Source: Selenomonadaceae bacterium UBA3796
Lineage (GTDB): Bacteria > Bacillota > Negativicutes > Selenomonadales > Selenomonadaceae
DNA length: 32,733 bases
Assembly (NCBI GenBank): GCA_002369175.1
Contig: DFES01000196.1
Span: forward strand, 1 to 32,733
Direction: 5' to 3'
A program made the position numbers and the translations under genes. Shown here piece by piece: positions 31,613 through 32,733 of the stretch. Positions within the stretch are counted from its first letter, which is position 1. Each line of letters opens with the position of its first letter. A model generated the notes under the pieces. It was not told the DNA's origin. It did not search any database and worked only from the letters and a program-made list of their open reading frames with translations.

Positions 31613-32421
31613 TACAATTCCTCATTCTGCTCCGTCACCATGGGCGATTTGCGCCCTGCCGAAATCATTACTTTGCCATCCTGCATTTCCACCTGCTCAA
31701 ACTTAGCCCCCAAGGGAAGCTTATCCGGCTTCACAATCTGGATATCCCCAAAGAAATTATCCAGACTGAGCTTTCCCGGGAAGACATTCTTCACCTGAAG
31801 CTTTGTCATGCGGAAGTACAGGGCACCGCTGTCCTCCAGCACCACTCCGGTCATCTCCGCATCTGCCATGCGCCCGAAGACCTTGATGTTCGCTGTCACC
31901 AGCACAGCCTCCGGCGTAATCTTCACCTGAACATTCTCAAGCTTTTCCACACGACGGCTGATGAGCTCCTTGAGGTTAAGCTCCGTAACAATGCCCCGAA
32001 GCGCCAACTGATCCGTTGACCGGATTTCCAGAACGCCGTCGCTTACAAGGCGGGGAATATCCACGCGGACACCCTCTCCCTCAGCCAGCAGCTCATCCAC
32101 GTAGATCTCTCCCAGCTTTGCCGAATGAGCGATAACCCGAAGATGATCCACATGTCCGGCAGCTGTCATAAAATTCGGCGCAGAGGAAAGATTCACCACC
32201 ACATCATGGGTAGCAAGGCGTTCCGACAAGTGTTTCTGCAACGTGGACGCTAAAAGATTTGGCAGGATGAATTCGCCAAACATGGTTAATATTATGAAGA
32301 GAATGCCTAAAATAGTCAAGCCCTTTCGCAAATTATCACCCCTACGAAAACAGTCCGTTGCCAGCGCCAGCTCCTTATGGAAAAATTCCACCAGCACACT
32401 GCAACGGTCCTGTTTCAACAC
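31612..32421 (-). CDS. DUF2993 / LmeA-like membrane-anchored protein
   Basis: 269 aa with one TM (LTILGILFIILTMFGEFILPNLL) and a repeated beta-rich pattern (VVVNLSSAPNFMTAAGHVDHLRVIAHSAKLGEIYVDELLAEGEGVRVD). GTG/TTG start 3 nt after the prfB stop. The start is uncertain. Confidence 0.55.
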   Translation of the reverse strand: MLKQDRCSVLVEFFHKELALATDCFRRGDNLRKGLTILGILFIILTMFGEFILPNLLASTLQKHLSERLATHDVVVNLSSAPNFMTAAGHVDHLRVIAHSAKLGEIYVDELLAEGEGVRVDIPRLVSDGVLEIRSTDQLALRGIVTELNLKELISRRVEKLENVQVKITPEAVLVTANIKVFGRMADAEMTGVVLEDSGALYFRMTKLQVKNVFPGKLSLDNFFGDIQIVKPDKLPLGAKFEQVEMQDGKVMISAGRKSPMVTEQNEEL

Positions 32422-32424
32422 ACT

Positions 32425-32733
32425 CTAAAGAACATGATTCGCTTTTGCGGAAAGATAGGCGCGAATAAAGGGATCGATGGCTCCATCCATAACTGCCTGG
32501 ACATTGCCTGTCTCCTCATTGGTTCGATGATCCTTCACCATGGTATAGGGCTGGAAGACATAGGAGCGAATCTGGCTGCCCCACTCGATCTTCTGCTGAT
32601 CTCCCTCCAGCTTTGCGATCTCCGCCTCTTTCTTCTCCTGCTCCAACTCAAAGAGCTTGGCGCGCAGCATTTTGAGACACTGCTCCCGGTTCTGGAGCTG
32701 GGAACGTTCATTCTGGCACTGCACCACAATGCC
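32425..32733 (-). CDS. prfB: Peptide chain release factor 2, C-terminal part (gene continues beyond the window)
   Basis: The translation [35 protein letters not shown]...[42 protein letters not shown] matches the RF2 C-terminus, which lies just after the GGQ region. Confidence 0.9.
   Translation of the reverse strand, partial: GIVVQCQNERSQLQNREQCLKMLRAKLFELEQEKKEAEIAKLEGDQQKIEWGSQIRSYVFQPYTMVKDHRTNEETGNVQAVMDGAIDPFIRAYLSAKANHVL

Noticed and set aside
1-32733. CRISPR arrays, rRNA genes, IS elements, toxin-antitoxin pairs.
   Set aside because: I saw no regularly spaced direct repeats. The only tandem repeat is the duplicated tRNA-Gly. There are no transposase-like ORFs or terminal inverted repeats bracketing genes, and no small adjacent ORF pairs with TA-like features.
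32425-32733. The programmed +1 frameshift site of prfB.
   Set aside because: Only the C-terminal approximately 100 codons of RF2 are in the window. The frameshift site lies near codon 25 and is outside it.

Overview
Chromosomal window, mid-50s % GC by eye, with almost all genes on the minus strand. It looks like a diderm Firmicute (Negativicutes/Selenomonadales-like). That is an inference from Bacillus-type gene order combined with a BepA-like periplasmic protease, FtsEX plus an EnvC-like M23 protein, and csaB.

Reading the minus strand from right to left:
- prfB 3' end, then a DUF2993/LmeA-like gene, a DUF5693-like membrane protein, csaB and a TPR-GT41 glycosyltransferase. The last is convergent with, and overlaps, a plus-strand GT2-TPR glycosyltransferase.
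- ftsE-ftsX-M23-ctpA.
- A divergent pair of orphan genes, an SDR oxidoreductase (plus strand) and ubiX.
- The conserved, tightly coupled block yaaR-holB-ricT(yaaT)-trmN6(yabB)-rsmI-metG-tatD-yabE.
- An accessory-looking block: a 140 aa orphan, a FliB-like CxxCxxCC protein, and a secreted M48+TPR protease whose stop overlaps the start of a 1495 aa SF1 helicase with a C-terminal Vsr/DUF559-like domain.
- A five-tRNA operon (Gly, Gly, CAT-anticodon, Arg, Tyr) with a near-consensus promoter.
- A hybrid sensor kinase that appears to be an internal-deletion pseudogene.

No CRISPR array, rRNA, transposase or integrase was seen.

Most notable observations:
1. A 39-nt promoter-like module, 37/39 identical, sits at the same distance upstream of the yaaR operon and of an orphan gene. 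One copy also encodes the C-terminal tail and stop codon of ubiX. The other lies inside a perfect 13-3-13 palindrome.
2. The helicase-nuclease (HheA-like layout, from memory) is translationally coupled to a secreted protease, next to the tRNA array.
3. RicT/YaaT carries a roughly 150 aa hyper-charged C-terminal extension.
4. A structured AT-rich region with an orphan terminator lies upstream of ftsEX.
5. Two convergent TPR-glycosyltransferases have visibly different codon usage.

All homology calls come from reading the translations. No database search was run.
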